Assembly (NCBI GenBank): GCA_963664545.2
Contig: OY761475.2
Location: 3,679,608-3,743,607, forward strand
Reading direction: 5' to 3'
From: Vicinamibacterales bacterium
GTDB lineage: Bacteria > Acidobacteriota > Vicinamibacteria > Vicinamibacterales > UBA8438
DNA: 64,000 bases
The notes beneath the pieces are model-generated. The model was not told the origin of the DNA, made no database searches, and worked only from the letters and a program-made list of their open reading frames with translations. Below, piece by piece: positions 27,017 to 35,350 of the stretch (its first letter is position 1; each line of letters begins with the position of its first letter). The translations under genes and the position numbers were made by a program.

Positions 27017-27222
27017 TTCTCGCCGTGGCCTCGGTTTCGTGCAGCAGGTCGCGGTATCGGTTGTGCTGGATCGAGGATTCGGCCCTGATTCTCGCCGTGG
27101 CCTCGGTTTCGTGCAGCAGGTCGCGGTATCGGTTGTGCTGGATCGAGGATTCGGCCCTGATCTCGCCGCGGCCTCGGTTCCAGCAGCGGGTGTTGTATCC
27201 GTCGAAAGCGGCCGCGACATTC
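27009..27222. repeat. Tandem repeat, 72-bp unit in about 3 copies (third diverged)
   Basis: Units start at 27009, 27081 and 27153 (ggccctgattctcgccgtggcctcggtttcgtgcagcaggtcgcggtatcggttgtgctggatcgaggattc). The third unit merges into the conserved 3' flank of copy C (gtcgaaagcggccgcgac). Confidence 0.9.
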
Positions 27223-27224
27223 CG

Positions 27225-28226
27225 TCAGGACAGACGGGAGATCAGGTCGTCGGTGTCGGTGCACTCCAACAGCAGGTCGCAGGCTTCGGTGAGGCGGTCG
27301 GGGTCTTCGAGTCCGGCGACGACCGCGGCCAGCCGGTCGGTGGTGGGCGCGCCGAACTTCCGGGCGGCCAGACGAACGAGGACCTCTGCGCGTCCCTCCA
27401 AGCGGCCGGTCCAGCGGCCCGCTTCATGGGCCTGCCGCCGGTGGAGGCGCATCTGGGGGTCGTCGTCGGGCGTGGTGCCCTCGTCCTCGCCGAGCCGCCG
27501 GCCCACCCGCGTCAGGTCGGCCAGGGTGCGCGGGCTCAGGCGGCTCTCGTTCAGGGCGGCGTGGATCTGCGCGGTCGTCCAGGTGGGGAACGCGCGGCTC
27601 TCGTCGGCGATGCGGAAGCGGCCGCCGTCGAGCACGTAGATCGTCAGGCCCGGCCGCACGCGCCGGGGCCGGTTCGGCGAGGGCTCGTCGGGGGTGTCTA
27701 CCCACACCTCGGGGAACCCCCACGCCTCGTAGACCGGCAGCTTGTTGCGCCGGACGTCGGTGGTGTGATCCACTTCGACGATCACGTCCGGCAGGGGGTC
27801 CACCCCCAGCACGATGGCGGGGTCGCGGGGGCGCCAGACGCTCCGGTCCAGATAGATGGTCTGGTCGGCTACCAGCACTTGGCGCGGCCGGCCGTCCCCG
27901 TCCCGTTCTATCAGGTAGACGGCCCCGGCCAACCGGAAGCGCGACCCGCGCTCCAGGCACATGCGGGTCAGCAGCTCGCTCAGCAGGTTCGGGGCAGTCT
28001 CGTGGACGGGGCCGGCATCGCGGAGCACCCAGGCCGTCCCGGTCTCGCGCAACCAGTACTCGATGCGGCCGTCGTAGGTCCGCACGTCGTCCCACGTCGG
28101 CAGGGCTACGGGGTCGCAGCCGGGAAAGTCCCGCCCCGCGGTCGGCGTCGGCACGGCCGGCGTCGGTGCGGCCGGCCTGACGGCCCGCTGGACGCGCGCG
28201 ACAGCGGGGTGAATCATGGCGGTCAT
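27225..28226 (-). CDS. Uma2-like PD-(D/E)XK nuclease::DUF4351 fusion, copy C
   Basis: Conserved ATG (MTAMIHP; the track ORF begins 6 codons earlier). Core is conserved. The repeat segment is absent (GRLEGRAEVLV). The tail groups with copy D. Confidence 0.8.
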   Translation of the reverse strand: MTAMIHPAVARVQRAVRPAAPTPAVPTPTAGRDFPGCDPVALPTWDDVRTYDGRIEYWLRETGTAWVLRDAGPVHETAPNLLSELLTRMCLERGSRFRLAGAVYLIERDGDGRPRQVLVADQTIYLDRSVWRPRDPAIVLGVDPLPDVIVEVDHTTDVRRNKLPVYEAWGFPEVWVDTPDEPSPNRPRRVRPGLTIYVLDGGRFRIADESRAFPTWTTAQIHAALNESRLSPRTLADLTRVGRRLGEDEGTTPDDDPQMRLHRRQAHEAGRWTGRLEGRAEVLVRLAARKFGAPTTDRLAAVVAGLEDPDRLTEACDLLLECTDTDDLISRLS

Positions 28227-28619
28227 ATGCCTGCCGTCCATCATGCCACAATCGACGCGCCGGCGGGGAGCCGCAGCGAAGACGGGCGTTGCCGGTCGGT
28301 ACGGCGCTGATTCTCGCGATACCTTGCCCCGCGGGTTCTTCGGCGGCTCGAAGCGCCGCGGAGGCGCGCCGCCGCGGGCGGCGCGTGCGTCCAGCGTTGC
28401 ACCCGGCCATTTCGGGGTTGCTTCGTGCCGGCGCTATATACCGGAGCGGCCGGAGCGGGACCCGAATCCGGCGGCGGACTCGACGCGGGACCTCCGGGCA
28501 GGTCCGAGGGGCCTGAGATCGGTTGCCGGGTGGCCCGGAACTCGGTGTCTTGCCCGGACCGACGGCGCCGGCGGCGCCACGAGTGGCGGCCGGCGGAGGT
28601 CGTGTTGCGGGACCGGCTC

Positions 28620-28723
28620 GCAGACAGACTGGCGTCGCGCGGTGGGTAGCGAAAGATCCGGGTCCGGGTCGAACATGACGGCCGTGGCCGTGCAGACAGA
28701 CTGGCGTCGCGCGGTGGGTAGCG
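28620..28723. repeat. Direct repeat, 2 x 32 bp with 72-bp period, immediately upstream of the PD-(D/E)XK gene
   Basis: gcagacagactggcgtcgcgcggtgggtagcg occurs at 28620-28651 and 28692-28723. The second copy ends 15 nt before ATG 28739. Confidence 0.85.
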
Positions 28724-28738
28724 CAAGGGGGGTACGGA

Positions 28739-30091
28739 ATGTTGGAGCCAGAGATGAACGCGCTGATCGAGTCTCCTGAATTCAAACGATTCCAGGAGGA
28801 GCTGCATTCCCCGAGGTTCAGTCCGTTCGACGTCCTGCAAGTCGCGGATGTGGAAATTCGCCACAGCAACGTCCTGGCGTGGCTGCTCACCCCGGACGGG
28901 ACACACGGAATCGGCGGCCGATTCCTGCGCAAATTCGTCGAGCACCTGACCCGTCGCCACGACGCTGCGCTCTTCCGTCGTCTGACTGGTTTCGACGACA
29001 AGGACAATGTCGAGATCAGGAGAGAGGACTACCACGACGGCGGCTACGCTGACATCACCGTCGGTTTCAAGGCGGAAAGGGTGCTGCTCATCATCGAGAA
29101 CAAGGTCGTGGGATGGTACCCCGAGGCCGAAGATCAGGCCAGGGGCTATCAGGAGACGTTTGTCGAAAAGTACAGGGGCCGGTACGACTACTATCCCGGC
29201 GTTCTGCTTACTACTTCGGACTCACTGGAAGGAAAGAACGAAGAACGCAAGAGGCACCACAGTTCATTCCCTCTATTCCCTCTGAGTTGGGGCGAGGTAC
29301 GTGAGATCATCCGGTCCCTGCTGAAGGACGGCGAGAGCGGGAACTTCGCGGACGGCCAAGTCCGAGATTTCGTGAAGCGATACGTCGAGGTCATTGAGGA
29401 TAGACTGATCCACGCCGGAGACGATCCCGCCGAGCGACTGCTCAACAAGCATCCACAGATATTCGAGAAGCTGCAGGACGAATCGGCTCTGTTGGACAAA
29501 GTGGACGAACCGCACAGGGCTACCATCAGACGGTGGATGGAGAACTTCGAAGGGAGGCCGCGCAGGCTGAGAGAAGAGGTTGCGGAGTACCTGACGCAGA
29601 AGGGATGGATCGATGCCGGCCGCATCAAGAACACGGGGGTTAGGGGCGACTTACCGGGCTGGCGATGGCTGGTGTGGTTTCACATGCCGTCCGGCGAGGA
29701 GCTAGGCATCCGCGAGGGTTACGGCTGGCGGTTCACCTTCGAACCTCGCAACGTGACCGTGACCGTGCAGTTCGGCACACTATGGGGACTGAACCCGAAG
29801 GACCCGGACCCGAAGTGGCAGCGGATCTGGAGCTTTCTGCAGCACACGCCAATCGATCGGGACAGATCGGCGAGATACCCCATGGAAAAAGGCGTCATCT
29901 ATCGACACAATCTTCTGAAGGGCGCGGAACTCGCCGGGCCGTTCGAGGAATCGGTCAAGTTGCTTCACCAAGGATTGGACCAGTTCTTCGGTCCAGACGG
30001 AGATTACGGGCGGATAGAGCGCTATTTCAGGTGCCTCGCCTTCGATCCGCAGGAACCACGGCCTCTCGCTGACGGCGAGACCAAATCGTGA
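28739..30091 (+). CDS. PD-(D/E)XK nuclease superfamily protein (450 aa) in a low-GC segment
   Basis: N-terminus FSPFDVLQVADVEIRHSNVLAWLLTPDGTHGIGGRFLRKF, followed by YADITVGF...VLLIIENKV. This matches a PD-(D/E)XK family I recall (FNIFxxL..E..HSNFLAWLL...D(I/L)...IENK). Sampled 60-nt lines are 52-58% GC versus about 73% in the flanking copies. An alternative start is ATG 28754. Confidence 0.7.
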   Translation: MLEPEMNALIESPEFKRFQEELHSPRFSPFDVLQVADVEIRHSNVLAWLLTPDGTHGIGGRFLRKFVEHLTRRHDAALFRRLTGFDDKDNVEIRREDYHDGGYADITVGFKAERVLLIIENKVVGWYPEAEDQARGYQETFVEKYRGRYDYYPGVLLTTSDSLEGKNEERKRHHSSFPLFPLSWGEVREIIRSLLKDGESGNFADGQVRDFVKRYVEVIEDRLIHAGDDPAERLLNKHPQIFEKLQDESALLDKVDEPHRATIRRWMENFEGRPRRLREEVAEYLTQKGWIDAGRIKNTGVRGDLPGWRWLVWFHMPSGEELGIREGYGWRFTFEPRNVTVTVQFGTLWGLNPKDPDPKWQRIWSFLQHTPIDRDRSARYPMEKGVIYRHNLLKGAELAGPFEESVKLLHQGLDQFFGPDGDYGRIERYFRCLAFDPQEPRPLADGETKS

Positions 30092-30238
30092 CGAGCTTCT
30101 ACGGCGCGGACCGCGTAGGGTCCAGGATGACCGCAGCACGCTGTCTCATCGGACGAGCGGTCCTCGGACGGCAGACCGCGCGGCTCGGTACCAGTCTGCG
30201 GGTCGCGGTATGCGTCGAAAGCGGCCGCGACAGTCCCG

Positions 30239-31285
30239 TCAGGCCAGACGGGACAACAGGTCGTCGGCGTCGGCGCACTCCAAGAGCAGGTCGCAGGCCT
30301 CGGTGAGGCGGTCGGGGTCTTCGAGCCCGGCAAGGACCGCGGCGAGCCGGTCGGCGGTGGGCGCGCCGAACTTCTGGGCGGCCAGACGAACGAGGAGGGC
30401 GCGTTCCCGCGCGATGCCTTCGGCGCGGCCCTGCTCGAGCCCCTCGGCGTGCCCCTCCGCACGGCCGGTCCAGCGGCCCGCTTCATGGGCCCGCCGCCGG
30501 TGGAGGCGCATCTGGGGGTCGTCGTCGGGGGTGGTGCCCTCGTCTTCGCCGAGCCGCCGGCCCACCCGCGTGAGGTCGGCCAGGGTGCGCGGGCTCAGGC
30601 GGCTCTCGTTCAGTGCGGCGTGGATCTGCGCGGTCGTCCAGGTGGGGAACGCGCGGCTCTCGTCGGCGATGCGGAAGCGGCCGCCGTCGAGCACGTAGAT
30701 CGTCAGGCCCGGCCGCACGCGCCGGGGCCGGTTCGGCGAGGGCTCGTCGGGCGTGTCCACCCACACCTCGGGGAACCCCCACGCCTCGTACACCGGCAGC
30801 TTGTTGCGCCGGACGTCGGTGGTGTGATCCACTTCGACGATCACGTCCGGCAGGGGGTCCACCCCCAGCATGATGGCGGGGTCGCGCGGCCGCCAGACGC
30901 TTCGGTCGAGGTAGATGGTCTGGTCGGCGACCAGCACCTGCCGAGGCCGGCCGTCCTCGTCCCTCTCCATCAGGTAGACGGCCCCGGCCAACCGGAAGCG
31001 CGACCCGCGCTCCAGGCACATGCGGATCAGCAGCTCGCTCAGCAGGTTCGGGGCAATCTCGTGGACGGGGCCGGCGTCGCGCAGCACCCAGGCCGTCCCC
31101 GTCTCGCGCAGCCAGTACTCGATGCGCCCGTCGTAGGCCCACACGTCGTCCCAGGTCGGCAGCGAGACGGGGTCGCAGCCGGGAAAGTCCTGTTGCGCGG
31201 TCGGCGTCGGCGCGGTCGGCGTCGGCGCGGCCGGCCTGACGGCCCTTCCGGTGTGCGCGACGGGGGTGGCAATGAACGGGGCCAT
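30239..31285 (-). CDS. Uma2-like PD-(D/E)XK nuclease::DUF4351 fusion, copy D
   Basis: Conserved ATG (MAPFIATP). The core is nearly identical to copy A. The repeat segment is 12 aa. The tail groups with copy C. Confidence 0.8.
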   Translation of the reverse strand: MAPFIATPVAHTGRAVRPAAPTPTAPTPTAQQDFPGCDPVSLPTWDDVWAYDGRIEYWLRETGTAWVLRDAGPVHEIAPNLLSELLIRMCLERGSRFRLAGAVYLMERDEDGRPRQVLVADQTIYLDRSVWRPRDPAIMLGVDPLPDVIVEVDHTTDVRRNKLPVYEAWGFPEVWVDTPDEPSPNRPRRVRPGLTIYVLDGGRFRIADESRAFPTWTTAQIHAALNESRLSPRTLADLTRVGRRLGEDEGTTPDDDPQMRLHRRRAHEAGRWTGRAEGHAEGLEQGRAEGIARERALLVRLAAQKFGAPTADRLAAVLAGLEDPDRLTEACDLLLECADADDLLSRLA

Positions 31286-31377
31286 ACGGCTGTTCCCAGT
31301 ATGCCACAGCCGGCGGCCGGCCGCCGCGCGGTTGCGGCCCGGTCGCGGCTGGAGCGGTGGCGAAGCGACGCGATCAG

Positions 31378-31935
31378 CTACTGGATGACCGGGTTCACCC
31401 AGCCGGCCGGCAGCACCTTGTCGGGGTCGGGGCGGATGCTCAGGTAGGTGACGTGGTCGGGAATCGCGGTCCACCCGTGGAACACCCCGCCGGGGATGAC
31501 CACGACGTCGCCCACCGACACGTCGCGGACCTCGCCGCCCTCGGCCGTGGCCCGGTAGCTCTCGCCCACCAGCACCTGCACGATGTGGCTGTCATCGGGG
31601 ATGTCCAGGCGCTCGGTGATCGTCCCGCCGGTCATCAGGGTCCCGCTCCCCGAGACGATGTAGTAGACCTCGGTCACCAGCGTGTGGACGATGCCCCGCG
31701 CCGTCGTCCCCGTCGACTCGAGGGCGTCGCGGTGGAGGATGCCGACGGCGACGTTCGACTTGCCGATGTCGACCACCTTCACCTGGCGGTCGACCCCGCC
31801 CTCGGGGGCGTTCCTCACCGCCATGTACTCCGCCACCGTCACGTCCGTCGCGGCGGTGATCTGGGCCGCCGCGGGTGCGGCCGCGATCAGCGCGGCGGCA
31901 GGCCCCATCAAGCATCCGGGCAGTACTCTGCGCAT
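31378..31935 (-). CDS. Secreted cupin-domain protein
   Basis: 185 aa from ATG 31935 (RBS AGGAG). Signal peptide then the cupin-like GILHRD...HTLVTEVYYIVSGSGTL...GDVVVIPGGVFHGW. The 541-aa track ORF is an upstream shadow extension. Confidence 0.7.
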   Translation of the reverse strand: MRRVLPGCLMGPAAALIAAAPAAAQITAATDVTVAEYMAVRNAPEGGVDRQVKVVDIGKSNVAVGILHRDALESTGTTARGIVHTLVTEVYYIVSGSGTLMTGGTITERLDIPDDSHIVQVLVGESYRATAEGGEVRDVSVGDVVVIPGGVFHGWTAIPDHVTYLSIRPDPDKVLPAGWVNPVIQ

Positions 31936-31943
31936 CTCGACTC

Positions 31944-33029
31944 CTAATCCCTCACCAGCGGGCGCCACGCGAGTTCCCAGCTCAGCGGTGCCTCCTCCGG
32001 CAGGTAGCAGATCTCGTGGTCGCACGCCTGGTACTCCAGCACCCCCTCGACTCGCAGGGTGGCGCCGGGCTCGGAGGCCAGCGCGTCGATGTCGCGGCGC
32101 ATCGGGATCGTTACGTCCTGCACGAGCCGGAACGGCTCCTCGTAGACCTCGACCGTCTCGTCGAGGGGCTCGAAGTGGTACAGCTCCGACGCCGGGTAGC
32201 TCACATCGTGGCCCCGCAGGAAGTCCGGGGCGGTCAGGCGCAGGCGGATCACCTGGTAGCCGTGGTCGCCGGGCGCGTAGACGTGCATGTCGGTCTTCGG
32301 CGTGACGTCGACCACGAACGACAGGCGGTTGCCCGGCGCGACCACGTCGTCGGTGGCCCACACGAGGGCTTCCAGGTGGTCGGTGGCGACGCGGGTCGCG
32401 GCCCGGTCGTCGGCGCCGGCGATCGCGTCGCCGAGTCGGACCGCGATGCTCGACACCGTCGAGCGCTCCTGGTACGCCGCCTCGAAGAAGCGCGAGGTCA
32501 CGCGGCCCGCCGTGTCGAGCATGAACGTGCCGGGATAGGGGATGCCGTAGAGCCGGCGCATCATCTGGCGCCGCTCCTCGGGCGCGCGGGCCGGGTCCAT
32601 CTCGTGGTTCAGGAGCCCGTATTCCCGGATGGTCGCCGAGCCCTCGTCGGACAGCAGCGGAATGTCGATGCCGCGCGCGTCCGCGAAACCCGCGAGGGTC
32701 GCGACGGGGTCGTAGGTGACGACGGCTACGCCGAGGCCTTGGGCCTGGATGTCCTGGTGGCGGCTTTGCAGCTCCACGAGCTGCGTCTTGCAGTACGGTC
32801 ACCAGTCGGCCGAGCGGCTGAACACCAGCATCAGCCCGTTCGGCCCCATCAGCGAGTCGAGGTTCCGCGCCGCGCCGGTCTGGTCCGGGAGCGAGAAGGA
32901 CGGCACGACGTCGCCGACCTGGGGGCCCACCCCGTCGACGTCCGGCAACGGCGGCGCCTGCGCCGTCGCGGCCGAGACCGCCCCGAGCGCGAGCAACCCG
33001 CACAACGTCACGATACGTGCGATTCTCAT
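31944..33029 (-). CDS. Candidate selenoprotein: secreted redoxin (AhpC/TSA-thioredoxin fold, W-U-P-Y-C) fused to a DsbD-N/DsbC-like domain
   Basis: Track ORFs 32799-33170 and 31944-32777 are in the same frame, separated only by TGA 32801-32799. The joined reading is MRIARIVTLCGLLALGAVSAATAQ...LMLVFSRSADW-[TGA]-PYCKTQLVELQSRHQDIQAQGLGVAVVTYD. The TGA therefore sits at the first Cys of a CxxC redox motif. C-terminal domain contains ...YQACDHEICYLPEE. Confidence 0.6.
32768..32784 (-). promoter_or_regulatory. SECIS-like hairpin downstream of the in-frame UGA
   Basis: mRNA GCAGCUC-GUG-GAGCUGC forms a 7-bp perfect stem. It starts 14 nt after the UGA. The apical loop begins with GU, 21 nt after the UGA. 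Confidence 0.45.
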
Positions 33030-33340
33030 CGATTCACATCTCCGATCGTCAATCGCGCCTCCGGCTCGGCGGAAGCGTCTCTTGTCACTGCCAGTCGCCA
33101 CGGCCACTCCCGCCCCTGACGGGCGGACGGAAACGCTTCCGTGGCGCGCCATCGCGACGCCTCCTATCATAGCGCCCTAGCGGGCGCATCCCGTCGCATC
33201 CCGGGCGATCCGTCGTCGACGGAGTGGCAGCTCGCAACGCTTCCCACACGGCACCCCGCCGGGCGCACGGTGCCGAAGCGGCGCTCGGCCGGAGTGCGTC
33301 GTCGCGCCGACGCGCCGGCGGGCAGGCGGCAGTTCGGCCG

Positions 33341-35350
33341 CTACTCCGGCAGCGCCAGCGCCACCAGCTCCGGCACGTCGCCGCCCACCGTCAGCGCGAT
33401 GTACTGCCGTCCCTCGTGCAGGTAGGTCATCGGCGTGCCGATGGGGCCGCCCGGCAGGTCGACCGAGCCGACGACGGTGCCCGTCGCCTTGTCGCGCGCC
33501 ACCAGCCGCGGGCCGTCGTCGGTCCCGCCCGCGGTGAGGCCGCTGACGAGCAGCGTCTTCGTGATCACCACGCCGCCGCGGCCGTCGCCGCCGAGCGGCG
33601 GCAGGTCGAGGTCGCGCAGCGCGGGATGCCGTCGGACGCGGTCGCCGTCGCCGTTCGGCCGCATCCACGCGTGCTCGCCCCGTTTCAGGTCGATCGCGGT
33701 CATCCGCGAGTAGGGCGGCTTCAGCAGCGGCAGCCCGTTCGGCATCCGCGGCTGCACACCCGCGGCGAGCCCCCGCATGGTGTAGCGGAGGTTGCCGCCG
33801 TCGGCGGGGTCCGGCGTGTAGTACTTGATGACCGAGAACCGGTTGACCGACGGCACGTAGAGCAGACCCGTCTCGGGGTCGACCCCCGAGCCCGCCCAGC
33901 CCGCGCCGCCCCCGACGTGGGGGCGCTGAATCGTGCCCTGCAGGCCGCCGTCGTGGCTCAGCGTCGGGGGCGAGAAGAGCGGACCGAGCCGGAAGTTCCG
34001 CACCGCCTCGACGGCCATCGCGCGGATCTCGGGCGTGAAGTCGACGAGGTCGTCGATGCCCACCCCCTGGTACTCGAACGGCGGCGGCTTCGTCGGGAAC
34101 GGCTGGGTGGGCGACAGCACCTCGCCCTCCATGTCGCTGTCGGTCTCGACCGGGCGCTCCTCGATGGGCCACACCGGCTCGCCCGTCACCCGGTCGAAGA
34201 CGTAGGTGAAGCCCTGCTTGCTCACCTGGGCGATCGCCCGGACGGGTTCGGGCCGGCCCTCGACGGCGACGTCGACGAGGCTGGGGGCGGCGGGGAAGTC
34301 GTAGTCCCAGACGCCGTGGTGCACGGCCTGGAAGTGCCACATCCGCTGGCCGGTCTCGATGTCGAGGGCGACCACGCTCTCGGCGAACAGGTTGTCGCCG
34401 GGCCGGTGGCCGCCGTAGTAGTCGCCGGTCGGCGTGCCCGTCGGCAGGTACACGTAGCCCAGCTCCTCGTCGGCGCTCATCGGCGGCCACACGTTGGTGT
34501 TGCCCGAGTAGCGCCACGACTCGTTCAGCCAGGTGTCGGCGCCGAAGTCGTCCCCCTGCGGCACCGTCCGGAAGACCCACCGCACGTCGCCGGTGCGCGC
34601 GTCCACCCCCTTGATCCACCCCGGCGGCGCCTCCTTGGCGATGACCCCGTCGGAGATGACGTTGGGCGTGACCACCACGTCGCGGGCGACGATGGGCGGC
34701 GACGCCACCCCCATCAGGTTGCGGCCGCGGCGGGTGGTGCCGCCGCGGTCGGCGCGGGGGATGCCCGCCATGAGGTCGACGCGCCCGTCGTCGCCCCAGT
34801 CGAGGACCGGCTCGCCGGTGTCGGCGTCGAGCGCGAGCAGGTACGCCTCGTGAGTGCCGAAGAAGATGCGGGCGTCGTCGCCGTCGCTCCACCAGGCGAC
34901 CCCGCGCGAGTTGTTGAAATGGGTCGGCCGCCCGCGCAGGTAGATCTGCGGGTCGTGCACCCAGATGGTCTCGCCGGTCGCCGCGTCGACCGCCGCCACC
35001 TGGTGCAGCGCCGTCGAGAGGTAGAGGACGCCGCCCGCCATCAGCGGCGTCGCCTGGAACATGCGGATGCCGAGGCGCGGGATCTGCTCGCGCAACGCGT
35101 CGAGATCGAGAGCCGCGTCGGCCGACTGCCAGCGCCAGGCGATCTCGAGATCGCCGAAGTTGCCGGCGTCGATCTGGTCGAGCGGCGAGTACTTGGTGCT
35201 GCCGGCGTCGCCGCCGTAGCTCCGCCACTCGCCGTCCGCGGCGCCGTACTGGGCGAGCGCGCCGGCGGGGGAGAGCGCGGCCGCGCACCACGCGAGGAGG
35301 ATCACGGAAACGAGGATCGTCGAGCGACGCCGTGTGCACTCCATCGTCAC
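33341..35350 (-). CDS. PQQ-dependent dehydrogenase, glucose/quinate-type soluble paralog 2
   Basis: 669 aa with a signal peptide. EWRSYGGDAGSTKYSPLDQI, HRPGDNLFAES and WHFQAVHHGVWDYDF are collinear with 20294-22294. Confidence 0.9.
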   Translation of the reverse strand: MTMECTRRRSTILVSVILLAWCAAALSPAGALAQYGAADGEWRSYGGDAGSTKYSPLDQIDAGNFGDLEIAWRWQSADAALDLDALREQIPRLGIRMFQATPLMAGGVLYLSTALHQVAAVDAATGETIWVHDPQIYLRGRPTHFNNSRGVAWWSDGDDARIFFGTHEAYLLALDADTGEPVLDWGDDGRVDLMAGIPRADRGGTTRRGRNLMGVASPPIVARDVVVTPNVISDGVIAKEAPPGWIKGVDARTGDVRWVFRTVPQGDDFGADTWLNESWRYSGNTNVWPPMSADEELGYVYLPTGTPTGDYYGGHRPGDNLFAESVVALDIETGQRMWHFQAVHHGVWDYDFPAAPSLVDVAVEGRPEPVRAIAQVSKQGFTYVFDRVTGEPVWPIEERPVETDSDMEGEVLSPTQPFPTKPPPFEYQGVGIDDLVDFTPEIRAMAVEAVRNFRLGPLFSPPTLSHDGGLQGTIQRPHVGGGAGWAGSGVDPETGLLYVPSVNRFSVIKYYTPDPADGGNLRYTMRGLAAGVQPRMPNGLPLLKPPYSRMTAIDLKRGEHAWMRPNGDGDRVRRHPALRDLDLPPLGGDGRGGVVITKTLLVSGLTAGGTDDGPRLVARDKATGTVVGSVDLPGGPIGTPMTYLHEGRQYIALTVGGDVPELVALALPE

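Noticed and set aside
24447-28723. The 72-75-bp-period repeats considered as a CRISPR array.
   Set aside because: There are only 2-3 units per locus. The units are 32-72 bp with little or no unique spacer. The three loci are separated by genes. No cas genes or leader are present.
31378-33003. The 541-aa ORF spanning the cupin gene and the antisense of the redoxin.
   Set aside because: Only the last 185 aa have an RBS, a signal peptide and cupin motifs. The remainder is a shadow frame overlapping the redoxin/DsbD-N gene, which has its own motifs.
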